64,000 nt of DNA from Nemertoderma westbladi (Eukaryota; Animalia; Xenacoelomorpha), in assembly GCA_032718475.1 (NCBI GenBank), contig JAUCBJ010006608.1, positions 1 to 64,000 of the forward strand, in the 5' to 3' direction. Positions 39,231 to 49,702 of the stretch are shown here, in pieces. Positions within the stretch are counted from its first letter, which is position 1; each line of letters opens with the position of its first letter. The notes under the pieces were generated by a model. It made no database searches, had not been told where the DNA came from, and worked only from the letters and a program-made list of their open reading frames with translations. The translations under genes and the position numbers were made by a program.

Positions 39231-40298
39231 ATGGCCTTAACGCAAAAAACCGGAGCAACAAATAGCTGGAAATTTACTTACAATAAATATACTTGTACCG
39301 TCGTTCACAGCAAGTATTTTATTGTGGAATCTCAGGAGGACAACGAATCAATTTGTTTTTCCCATCAAGATACCCGCTATTTGTTAGACATTCTAGAAAC
39401 AACAACCAACAACCAACATCAATCCAGACCAGCAATTATACCAGGTAGGATATATCCAACTCTTCGTTTTGCTCGGGGAAATTTGAATATTTCCATCAAC
39501 CCCACATCGGGTGATGTTTACGTTCAGAAACAAGGCAAATGTAAAGTTCTCAACAAAGCTTTTACTGAAGTTCTAATTCAATACAGAGGGAAATTATTGC
39601 AATTTCTCTCTCCACCGCTAGAGATTATTAGCGATCAATTCTACATTGAATTATCAAATCCAGAGTTTATTGGATTTGTAACAGCTTTTAAAGGAACCAA
39701 CTATGTTGGCTTATGGAAAATCAGCCTCAGATACGCTGATAGTGTTGGTTTTAACTATTATACAGGTTTCAATTTGTCAAAACAGGAACTAACCGTTTTG
39801 TTGCGAGAGTGGGACAACCAAGTCGATGAAACAGACAAGCATCTTTTTGATAAAAATATCATTCAATTATCAGACCGGCTCAAAATGATTAAAACCAATA
39901 ATAAAAAAATTATTATTATCACCAACACCGATAATTCTACTGAATTAGGTGCCGGCGGAAATTCTATTGAGTTGCATTACCTGAATGATAAAGCTCATAT
40001 TAGTTTTCTCAAAGAATCGATGGATGGCGTTTCTCTTACTGAAGCCCATGTTGACGGTTTTGTCCTTTTGGATAAACCTAAAGCATTCGTAGAGATCCCA
40101 TCACCTAATCCAGATGTTGAAGAGAGTTGCTCTCAACCGCAACAGGTCTTTCCTGAAATATTACCTCGAAAGCCAAGATCATCGAGTAAATTTACCAACG
40201 CATCACCTGCAAAGAAACAGAAAGTTGTCAGTAACCCAGTTCTAGTAGAGCCTGTTACTAATTCTCCATGGAAACCAGATTATTATCCTAATATGTAA
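39231..40298 (+). CDS. Polinton accessory protein, 355 aa, candidate PC4-like ssDNA-binding repeats with a disordered basic C-tail
   Basis: Intact ORF. FVTAFKGTNYVGLWK...GFNLSKQELTVL resembles the PC4 core. NLS-like PAKKQK. Confidence 0.7.
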   Translation: MALTQKTGATNSWKFTYNKYTCTVVHSKYFIVESQEDNESICFSHQDTRYLLDILETTTNNQHQSRPAIIPGRIYPTLRFARGNLNISINPTSGDVYVQKQGKCKVLNKAFTEVLIQYRGKLLQFLSPPLEIISDQFYIELSNPEFIGFVTAFKGTNYVGLWKISLRYADSVGFNYYTGFNLSKQELTVLLREWDNQVDETDKHLFDKNIIQLSDRLKMIKTNNKKIIIITNTDNSTELGAGGNSIELHYLNDKAHISFLKESMDGVSLTEAHVDGFVLLDKPKAFVEIPSPNPDVEESCSQPQQVFPEILPRKPRSSSKFTNASPAKKQKVVSNPVLVEPVTNSPWKPDYYPNM

Positions 40299-40344
40299 GC
40301 CTAATCATAAGTTAAACTCTTTGCGGTTTCCAATAGTCATAAGC

Positions 40345-40425
40345 GATTGGTGATTGGTGATTGGTTTAAAATTATTTCCCTCGCTAGCATATAAATGTTT
40401 AGATATAGTCAATATCATATCATTT
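40345..40425 (+). promoter_or_regulatory. Putative polB promoter (three ATTGG/CCAAT boxes, TATA, Inr-like)
   Basis: GATTGGTGATTGGTGATTGG, TATAAAT at 40390 and TCATTT at 40420. Confidence 0.5.
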
Positions 40426-40497
40426 CATTTTATTTTAATCTTTGGACATATTTTATTATTATCATTATTATTATTATTTATCTAAACAAACTTCAAC

Positions 40498-43400
40498 ATG
40501 GATAAAATAACAATATGTTGTTCATTCTGTCATATGAATGTAACTAGACATAATTATTTACGCCACCTACGCTCGCATTTTGAAAGTTATTCTTGTTTTA
40601 AGTGTCATGTCGTGACTTCATGCAGCGAAATTTGTAAACGACATGAAACAACTACTGGTTGTAAAGAAATGGAGTTCCGCACCTATCAATTGACTTGTTC
40701 TACCTGTAATAAAGAGTATACATATGAGAATTATATACGACACGATTGTCACTTGAAATGTTTCTACACAAGAAAGCGTAAATTTCCGCAACATAAAAAT
40801 ATAATATCCAGAAAAAACTTAAGGGTGGCTCTTGGTACATGCGTAACAATTTTTACGCGGGAACAAGAAGCTCACGATAATCATCTTGAAATTTATGTCC
40901 ACGACCTCCCAACTTCTAGAGATTATCCCGATGTAGAAACAGCATTAGTGCAAATTCGAGGTAATATTCTTCAGTTAATATTAGATAGATTGAAAGAAAT
41001 GAATGTTCAAAGACTGTGGTTAGGTCTAAATGTATTAATGTACAGATCACATTTTTCAGAAGGTGAGCAATTGGAAACCTTTTATTTTAATTCTTCCGGT
41101 GGTGCTATTAATACTGTAGATTCATCGCAAAGTTTTGACACATGGTTTGAGTATGTGGTGGAAAATATGTTACAAAAAATAGCCATCTTTAACACACGTG
41201 GTTCGGGGTGGCGTATTAAATCTTTATTAAGGGTTGAAATTAAATTAGCTGAATCTAAGTGTAGGTCGTTACTATATAAGGGGCATGGATATATGGAATT
41301 ACCTAAGGCTCTATCAGGTAAACAGTGTGTTATAAATGTACAATCGGCTGATAATGACTGTTTTAAATGGGCAATTATATCTGCAAAATTTAGTAGCAAA
41401 GTGAAAAACAACAAACAGCGTACTTCGTCGTACAAAAATTATATGAGTCATTTCATTTTTGACAATGGGAAAAATGATTATCCAACAGAGTGGCAGTTAG
41501 CGATTAAACTTTTTGAAAAACAAAATTCAAAATATATAATTAATTTACTATGTTGGAATAACGACAACAAACGCACCCCCGTATCTATATTAAGACAACC
41601 TCCGTTTAGTAAAATTACACCCGATAAACAGTTATTAAATATATTACTTGTAGTAAAAAATAACAATGTACCTAAACTGAATCATTATGTTTGCATAACT
41701 AACCTGAATCGATTGCTGAATATGAGAGCTCTTCATGTCATGAATAGGAAATATTGCGAAAGGTGTTTGACACATTTTTTTCGTGCGGAAGTTCTTCATC
41801 GACACCGTCTCGCCTGCTACCAAGGAAGAAGTCAACGATAGAAACTACCTAATAAAAAAAGAACACACATTAGTTTTACAAATTTAGATAGAACCTTAAC
41901 CCCATTGTTTGTCACCTACTTTGATATAGAATGTATCTTACAACCGTCAGTTAATAATCAAATTATACAGGAGCATATACAGTGTGCTGTGAGTTATTTA
42001 ATTGTTCCCAATACTGAATTAATTGATGCTCCAAAATGTCATTTGAAAACATTCGTAAAGTCAAATAAGAATAATTGTATTCAAGATTTCTTAGATTCAT
42101 TATATACTGATTTAACTGAATTATATTGTTGGTCAGAAATATACACGCATAAAACTATGTCATTTACTAATATTGATTTTGTAAATTTTGAACAAGCAAA
42201 ATTTTGTTTTTATTGTAATGTTACTTTAAATAATAATGTAGGGAAAAACAGACATCATTCACATATTACAGGTAAATATATTGCGGCAGCCTGTAATAGT
42301 TGTAACCGAAGTTTATCATTGAAACGATACCTGTATGTACTTTGCGGTCATAATTCCAACAATTACGATATACATTGTATATTACAAAGCGGATTTAGAG
42401 ATAAGAAATACACAGATTGGGATATAAAGGTTATACCGAGAAATACAGAACGATATATTTCACTGAGTGCATTTATCCCAATTAAAAACACTTCTAAGAA
42501 AATTGAGTTACGTTTCTTAGACACATATCAATTTTTAAGCTTTTCTTTAAGTAATTTAGTTGAGTGTTCAACAAAGGATGTAGCGAGTCATGATATAAGC
42601 TCAATTTTACCTATTACTCTACAAGAAATGAAATATTTTTATCCAAACTTGAATAACTCAACAATTAAACGGAAAGAAGTATTTCCATACGAGTACTTGA
42701 CAGATATAAATAAATTTAATGATACTGGTTTGCCGTCTATAAATAATTTTTTTTAGTAACTTAAGTCAAAAAACATGCACAATTGAAGATTATACGTTTG
42801 CGGGAATATCATGGGTAGAATTCGACTGTGTGAATCTCAAAGATTATCTTTTAGCCTATTTAAAACTCGATGTTTGTTTGCTTGCTGATATATTTGAGAA
42901 TTTTAGGAATGTTTGTAAACAAAATTACGATTTAGAAGCGGTTTTTTACTGTAGTATCGCGTCATTTACCTATGATTGCGCGCTAAAATATAATAAATGT
43001 AAAATAGAATTAATAAAGGATTATCAGACATATAGAGATTTTGAAAAATCAATTAGGGGTGGTGTTTCATTTTGTCGTAAGCATTATATAGAATCAAATA
43101 TACCAGGTACAAGTACATATGATTCTACTAAGGAAGAATGCCATATTTTTAATATTGATTTCAACTCTTTATATTCTGGGAATTTAAGTAAAAAACTACC
43201 CACCTCACAATTCAAAGAAGTAAGTATTAAACATTTAGAGAATGCAATTCCAGAAAAACTAATCGAGTACTTGGTAGATTTAGACATTGATGGATCTACT
43301 GGATATTTTTTAATATGTGATTTAAATTATCCCAAGGCTATTCACGATCAAACATTACAATTACCGTTAGCTCCTGAGCATTTAAGTATAAATGAATCAA

Positions 43401-45084
43401 TGCTTTCGCCTTATATGATGGAAAAATTTAATAACTTGTCAATACAAAGAGGTACCTCCCGTAAATATAGAATGTCTATACCAAAACTCATGCTGACACA
43501 ATTTGATAAAGAGTTTTATCATTTACATTTGAAACTGTTAAAATTTTATATAAAACATGGATTAATTGTTACTAAACTACATAAATTATATTCTTTTCAA
43601 CAAGAATTTGTATTTAAAAATTACATCGATTTTAATATTAATCAAAGGCGACTGGCAAAAAGTTATATTGAAACAGCTGTCGCGAAATTGCTCAATAATT
43701 CGCTGTTTGGCAAATCAATAGAAAAGATAAGAGATCGATGTAACTTCCGTATTGCAAATAGCAACGATAAATGCGATCAATTGGTAAATCGTATTAATCA
43801 TGAACAATTTATAATATACAATAATACACTATCAGGACATTTATTAGTGAAAGACTCTGTAACTCTCGATAAGCCTATATTTATTGGTAGCACTGTGTTG
43901 GACTTGGCTAAATTGGATATGTATGAGCTGTATTACAATAAATTGCTACCTATTGAGAAAGAATTAAACTGCCGTATTGAAATTGCTGCATCAGAGACTG
44001 ACTCATTGATAGGTTGTTACTATAATACATCGCAGAATAATTTTTTAAAAGCATTAATTAAAAATAATATTTTAGATACATCCAATTACCCTAAGGATCA
44101 CCCACTCTACAGCGATAAAAATAAATCCAGACTCTATTACTGTAAAGACGAACTAGCCTCACGTGAAATTAAACAAGCAGTATTTTTAAGACCAAAATTA
44201 TATTCAATTTTGGAATGGAATAATAAAAATATTCGTAGAGCAAAAGGTATTACAAGAGCTGTTATGGAAACGAATATTATACATGAAGAATATTTAAAAG
44301 CATATAACTCAAATGAAGAAATAAAAAAAAACATACACAGATTTCAATCTAAATTACATCGTATTTATACCTTAAAGCAAAATAAATTTGCACTCAGTAG
44401 CTTTGATGATAAACTTTATTGGGTTGATAAAAATCAATCACTTCCTTGGGGGCACTATAAAACAAACCTCAAAAAACCTATAAAAATATCAAATATACCA
44501 ATTTATGAAGAACCAAAAGACGACGGTGTTGATGATGAATATCAAATAGTAAATAAAAATATAAGTTGTAAGCAGATTATTTATGGACTTAATTTAAAAG
44601 AATTAAAAAATCAATTGAATGGTAAAATTGTACTCAAACCTAATCAGTTTATATATAAGGTATTTGGTGCAACCATATTAATGTTTACAAATGGACGAAT
44701 AACAATTCTCGGTAGAAAATATAATTTTAATAAAGTGAAAAAACATATATTAGAAAAAACAAACATTAATTTGATTTTTAAATCAATCAATTTGTGTACT
44801 TATATTTTTAGTATCGATACTGTAATTTATAGGTTACTTATAAACAATATCGGTTTTATGTTATATTTGATAATGTTAAACTAGAAATTTCATACGACCC
44901 TGAAATATTCAATAACTGTAAAGTCAGAATAAATAATATTGTTGTTGTTTGCTGTTTCTACACTGGTAAATGTACATTAATGTGTTCCCCGTTTAAATTT
45001 CATATATATTATCCTATATTCAACAAACTGGTTAATAATTTATTATTGTTTGGTGTGGGGGTTTTTGATGTAAAATATAATTAG
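40498..45084 (+). pseudogene. polB: Protein-primed family B DNA polymerase with N-terminal Zn fingers, endonuclease-VII-like insert and C-terminal TBP-like domain; disrupted
   Basis: Motifs RGSGW, YFDIEC (ExoI), HNSNNYD (ExoII), FPYEY, YLKLDV (ExoIII), IRGG, DFNSLY, KLLNNSLFGK, ETDS, KLY and AKG. Lesions: in-frame TAG at 41839-41841, an extra T in the T8 run at 42747-42754, and a frameshift near 44820-44835. Confidence 0.95.
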
Positions 45085-45791
45085 TGTGAGTGAAATTTAT
45101 TGTTGTTGCTGTTTGGTGGTGGAGATTTTTACTGTAAAATATATATATATTAAATTGGAGGGAGAAGAAATTTATGAATATTTTTTTTTTAAATCAACAA
45201 CTAGTTTGAGGGGAAATTAACTAACTAACTTCAGTAGAGCGATTGCTTGTAACACTCAAGTAGGCATAGTATACTCAGTGGCCGTAGCTAGCTAGCTAGC
45301 TAACTAAGCATCGCTGCTCACGAGTGAGCTACAATAGCGCATCTGTTACTTATGAGTGTGCGTGTGTGTGCAGCAGACAACGCTAAGCTCAGTGAGAAAA
45401 AGATTAGGGGTATGTGCTGGTATTCATAGTCAAAGACGACGCCATCCTATCTGTTACTAGTCTGTATACCGGCACATATTATTATTATTAAAACATCCTC
45501 TATGCATCTCCCTACATTCAGAATAGAACAATGAACAGAGCATATATCGCTAATCCGCATGGGAAAGGTTTATGTTCTACATTTTGTTAACTATGTTAAT
45601 TATTTTATAATTTTTTGTAATGTAAACATCTGCGACCCACTGCAAAAATATATATAAACTCAATTTTCAAACAATGACCTATAATTTTGTTAACCAAAAT
45701 AAGAAAAAAAAATAAAAATACCGGTATACTGTATCCACCCTGTCTGTTACCCTTAGACTATATATATAAACTAACCTGAGACAGCAAGAAG

Positions 45792-46193
45792 ATGACTTTC
45801 GCCTATATCAACAACCGGTCGTTGAAAAGCAGCATAAAGTTTGATTTTGAGAGTGAGGATACTTTTGTATCATCCTCAAACGTATCTGATTTGGAAATCA
45901 GATACATTAATAAAAAATTTGAAATCGGATTTACCAATATCATCAATCACGAACATGGTGTAACAAAGTTAGAAACAACAAAAAACTTTACTTTGAACAT
46001 AAGAATAAATCCAGGAACGGAAGAAGAAGAAGAAGTTACCGGTAATCAAAACGAATTAATACCACTACAAGAGAATTGGGAAACAGAGACCGCTGCAACT
46101 ATACCAGAACCGATAGAGACTATTTGGAAAGAAATTAAACTAGCAATGCCTACCTGTAATAATAATAGGCCTAATCATCAACATTTTTCATAG
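45792..46193 (+). CDS. Hypothetical Polinton protein, 133 aa
   Basis: ATG-initiated ORF about 25-30 nt downstream of TATATATATAAA. No recognised motif. Confidence 0.55.
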   Translation: MTFAYINNRSLKSSIKFDFESEDTFVSSSNVSDLEIRYINKKFEIGFTNIINHEHGVTKLETTKNFTLNIRINPGTEEEEEVTGNQNELIPLQENWETETAATIPEPIETIWKEIKLAMPTCNNNRPNHQHFS

Positions 46194-47248
46194 ATGGATA
46201 CTGGTATCTAACTAGTACACATGTACACCCGTACACTCATACTCATTTCTGCATTTATAAAGTAGACCTAAATGTCACCGGTCTGTGTATGTCTATATTA
46301 TATGTAATTTAACTTAAAAAGTGGACGCATAAATAAATAAAATAAACTAACTAACTATGTTTTATATAGGTTCGTTAACATAGAGTGAATGTTAGTAACC
46401 AGAGAATGTGGTGGATTTTATATAGTTATAGCTCAAACCACACCTATTGTATCAGCTAGAGTAACAGAGTGCGAGGGGATTTTATAGGGCCTATAGCGCT
46501 ACCGAGGCCTAACCATACCTATTGTATCAATGTGGTAGGGGGGCTTTCAGTTGAGGAGTACCGTAGTCATTAGGCCTATATGCCTAACGAATGAATGTGT
46601 GCCTATCCGTGTGTTCTAAAGGTTAACCGTAAAGCATATTGGGTCAACATTCGAAAAGGGGGCCGCATAAAGTTAACTATAGCTGTATAGGCTTACCTAT
46701 GCAACAGCAGTAGCCCGCAGTAATGTAGATTAGACCAATTAAAGTTGTAAACAGAAAATTGGAAGCATTCAAGTGTAATAACCTAATCCTTAAATCAAAG
46801 AAACCAGCACCAGCATGCTCTTGCTCTATTTAAGTATACCGGTACAAGAGTGCTACGGTGCCGGTACCAGTAGGCCTATTGTTAGGTGGGCCTCCTCTAA
46901 TGCTGCATTCACGAACCCCCATGTCGACTTAATTTAATTTTATTATTAGTAAGTACGGTACCGGTAACGCTAAAGCTCTGTGGTTGCTGTTGGGGCCATT
47001 CTGCCGTTCTACAGTTTAGCATTGTTGGTATATGTAGTAAAATCAGCTAGCTACTGGTAGTTAAACTCTGATACAACAGCCGGCTACCGGTAGGTGAGGT
47101 GTGTTTGTGTGTACGTGTGAAAACTTAAGCCCTATACCTTCAGTCAAACTGAGATATTAAAAAATAGATTTTAATGTTTTTATTATTTTTATTGACATTA
47201 AAACAATTACATTATAGCATCACATTACATTACATGCTTAGAGTAAAC

Positions 47249-47863
47249 CTACAGTACATCTTCCACCGCAGTTATTTCTTTCTGTTTATCATCATCATCA
47301 TCAGTCGCAGTTAAACGCGTTAAACGCTTTCTCACAAAAAATCGTTTCAATTCAAACCCACCGACATGTTTTGCTGAGCAATACCGCAGACAGTTATCCT
47401 TTGTGTTTAAGTGGAACGCACATTTATTTTCCAGTGCAATAAATTGATCGTGGAAGCGACAGGGGGTTAAATAATTGTAATATTGCTGATTATATATCCA
47501 CAATTTATCCATCGAATTTGCTGCGAGAACATCAAGTTGGGAAACTAATATTGCCCGCTTCATCAACCCAAATACATGTATATTTTTTTTATATTTTAAA
47601 TGTCTCTTCATGTATTTTTTAAAGTCATCTTGCGAAATGTCGCCGTAGTCCCAGGGCAAATGAGAAGTCATATCTCGTAAATTGTTTACGTGAGCTACAT
47701 CTAAAGCTGATAACTTAATATTAGGTGGGCCTTTAATTAAAAACGTCTTTACATTAGTTTTGGTGTAATTAGAATCGAATATAGCAAATTCTTTAAATAC
47801 TACCGGATACTCTTTATTGTCTATCTTATAATATTGAAAATCAACAAAAATAATATTATCCAT
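47249..47863 (-). CDS. Polinton-associated DnaQ/Maelstrom-like nuclease-fold protein, 204 aa
   Basis: IFVDFQ...VFKEFAI...HLPWDYGDI...IHVFG..K and C-terminal C..H.......CS..HV pattern. Confidence 0.65.
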   Translation of the reverse strand: MDNIIFVDFQYYKIDNKEYPVVFKEFAIFDSNYTKTNVKTFLIKGPPNIKLSALDVAHVNNLRDMTSHLPWDYGDISQDDFKKYMKRHLKYKKNIHVFGLMKRAILVSQLDVLAANSMDKLWIYNQQYYNYLTPCRFHDQFIALENKCAFHLNTKDNCLRYCSAKHVGGFELKRFFVRKRLTRLTATDDDDDKQKEITAVEDVL

Positions 47864-47894
47864 TTTATCTGATAAACAAAAGCTAAATGATTAA

Positions 47895-48350
47895 TTACAA
47901 TGCTTGTTGGTTTATTTTATAATAATTAACAAGCCATTTATATAATATTATTTCATTTATTTCCACATTATTTGTAAACGCACTCATTGGATAGTTTGTG
48001 TGAATTCGATTTACCAAGTAATAAAGACAGTATAGGCCGCATGTGGTCCTCCTTGGGTCTTTAAATTGTTTGCGAGTAGTACGCCATCTTGCGGAATTTT
48101 TCTCAAGCCATTTTTCGATGCATCTGTTTGGATATTTTGATCCGAATGAATCAAATAATTCAGCCTCATTATCTTGTATATATATTGCGATCCAATGAAT
48201 CCCAGGCAGATGCTCTTTATCGGTATTTACTATTAACCCATAATCTCTTTGCTTATTATTATTATCTAATTTAGGTAATTTATTAGCTGGAAACGCTCCC
48301 AAATAGTGACCACCCACTGGAAACATATCAAGGTCCTCTGTAGATAACAT
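47895..48350 (-). CDS. Adenain-like cysteine (maturation) protease
   Basis: IVNTD...GIHWIA...FDSFG...TCGLYC with His/Asp/Cys triad. The usual oxyanion Gln appears to be Lys. Confidence 0.92.
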   Translation of the reverse strand: MLSTEDLDMFPVGGHYLGAFPANKLPKLDNNNKQRDYGLIVNTDKEHLPGIHWIAIYIQDNEAELFDSFGSKYPNRCIEKWLEKNSARWRTTRKQFKDPRRTTCGLYCLYYLVNRIHTNYPMSAFTNNVEINEIILYKWLVNYYKINQQAL

Positions 48351-48423
48351 ACTTAATCGATATGTATTTCTTTCCTGCTATTTAAACTTAATGATTGATC
48401 ATAAATATTAAAAACGATTACAT

Positions 48424-48897
48424 TTATGCGGGTCGCTTTAAATCTCTATAAACTTTTTCTACAACTGACCTTGTTGACGGTTTCATTTTATTTAATGCTT
48501 TATTAATAACCGTATTAGCCTGCTGATGTAAGACCCGCTTACCTTTTGGTATTACGTGTTGTCTCATAAATTTTGTGGTAAATGGTAAAGCTTTTTGTAA
48601 AACTTTTTTAGCTAATGGCTTACCAAATTTTTTCAATGTCGATAAAGCGTCTGTAAATATACCTTCTCCGTGTTGATTTGCCCGCATACCTCTACGATAA
48701 TGCTGAAAACGACGTTGTTTTAAGTTTGGACCAAATGCACCAATTTGTTGACCGTAAGGGTCAATATATGAACCACCTCGAAAAACAGGAACTTGCGTCG
48801 AGCCTCTCGTACTTCTACCACCTTTAAAATCAGCAAGATTAGAGTCTGAACCACCATATTGAGGTTTACTGTATCTTTGAAATAAATCAGAATCCAT
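48424..48897 (-). CDS. Basic virion core / protein-VI-like precursor
   Basis: QYGG, VFRG and QHGEG motifs followed by amphipathic IFTDALSTLKKFGKPLAKKVL. Confidence 0.75.
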   Translation of the reverse strand: MDSDLFQRYSKPQYGGSDSNLADFKGGRSTRGSTQVPVFRGGSYIDPYGQQIGAFGPNLKQRRFQHYRRGMRANQHGEGIFTDALSTLKKFGKPLAKKVLQKALPFTTKFMRQHVIPKGKRVLHQQANTVINKALNKMKPSTRSVVEKVYRDLKRPA

Positions 48898-48898
48898 T

Positions 48899-49702
48899 TT
48901 AATTTATTCGTTTAAAGTGTAAGGTAATAGATGTTGTCCCGTATTCAAAATTCAAATCTTTTCCTTCTTTGTCTGTTATTTCAATATGAATGTATGTTAT
49001 CTTATATGATTTTTTTACAGGGATATAATGAATTGTATCCTTGACAAATTCTTTATTTATTACGCTACCATATTTCACGTCATCAGGTATCGCAACACGA
49101 CGAAGTAAAGCTAAACCAAAGTCATTAATTTATTGATTTTCAATTATATTAGGGCATAAAAATACCATCTGGTAAGCTTTTTCTCCATTTCCGATAACCT
49201 TTATTAAATAGCCCTTTATATTATTTTTCGTCTTCAAAATAATTTTAAAATTTGGATTTAAATTCGCGCCGAGATTATTTTCAGTAATTCCAAAATAATA
49301 GGCTAATTGTTGACCTATAAATAACTCTCGCACAGTTTTCCCTAAAATAAATTGCAATCTATTTTGCTGAGTATTTTCAACTATTTGTAATTTATCTTTC
49401 AACGCCCCCGTGTTAAAATAATCTATAATGTCATTGATACTGTAGAACAACCCGGATGGAAGTGTATCCTCAAAATTTTTTTTCCCTTTTTTTAATAAAA
49501 TAACATTCTCTACATTGTTATACATGGACGGCAACGTTGCTAAGTAAAATATACTTTTTGTACCTACCACCCAGTTTTCGTTTGGGTTTATAGGTAAGGC
49601 GCCATGGAAATTGATCTGATAACTACTAGCAGAATTACGTGGAAAATCAATTGGACAGGAGTTACTTGGTAGTCTTACATAGAATTCATCCATCGCTGCC
49701 AC
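48899..49702 (-). pseudogene. Minor capsid (penton) paralogue 2 with one in-frame stop
   Basis: FYVRLPSNS...FPRNSASSY N-terminus. After TAA at 49130-49132 the frame continues ...LLRRV...HYIPV...IEITDKEG...ITLHFKRIN*. Confidence 0.85.

Noticed and set aside
41082-44334. Short minus-strand ORFs within polB
   Set aside because: Antisense shadows of the polymerase frame.
45085-47248. Decayed major capsid gene hidden between the gene blocks
   Set aside because: No long frame or MCP-like motif is visible. Only a 133-aa ORF is present. An HMM search is needed to exclude it fully.
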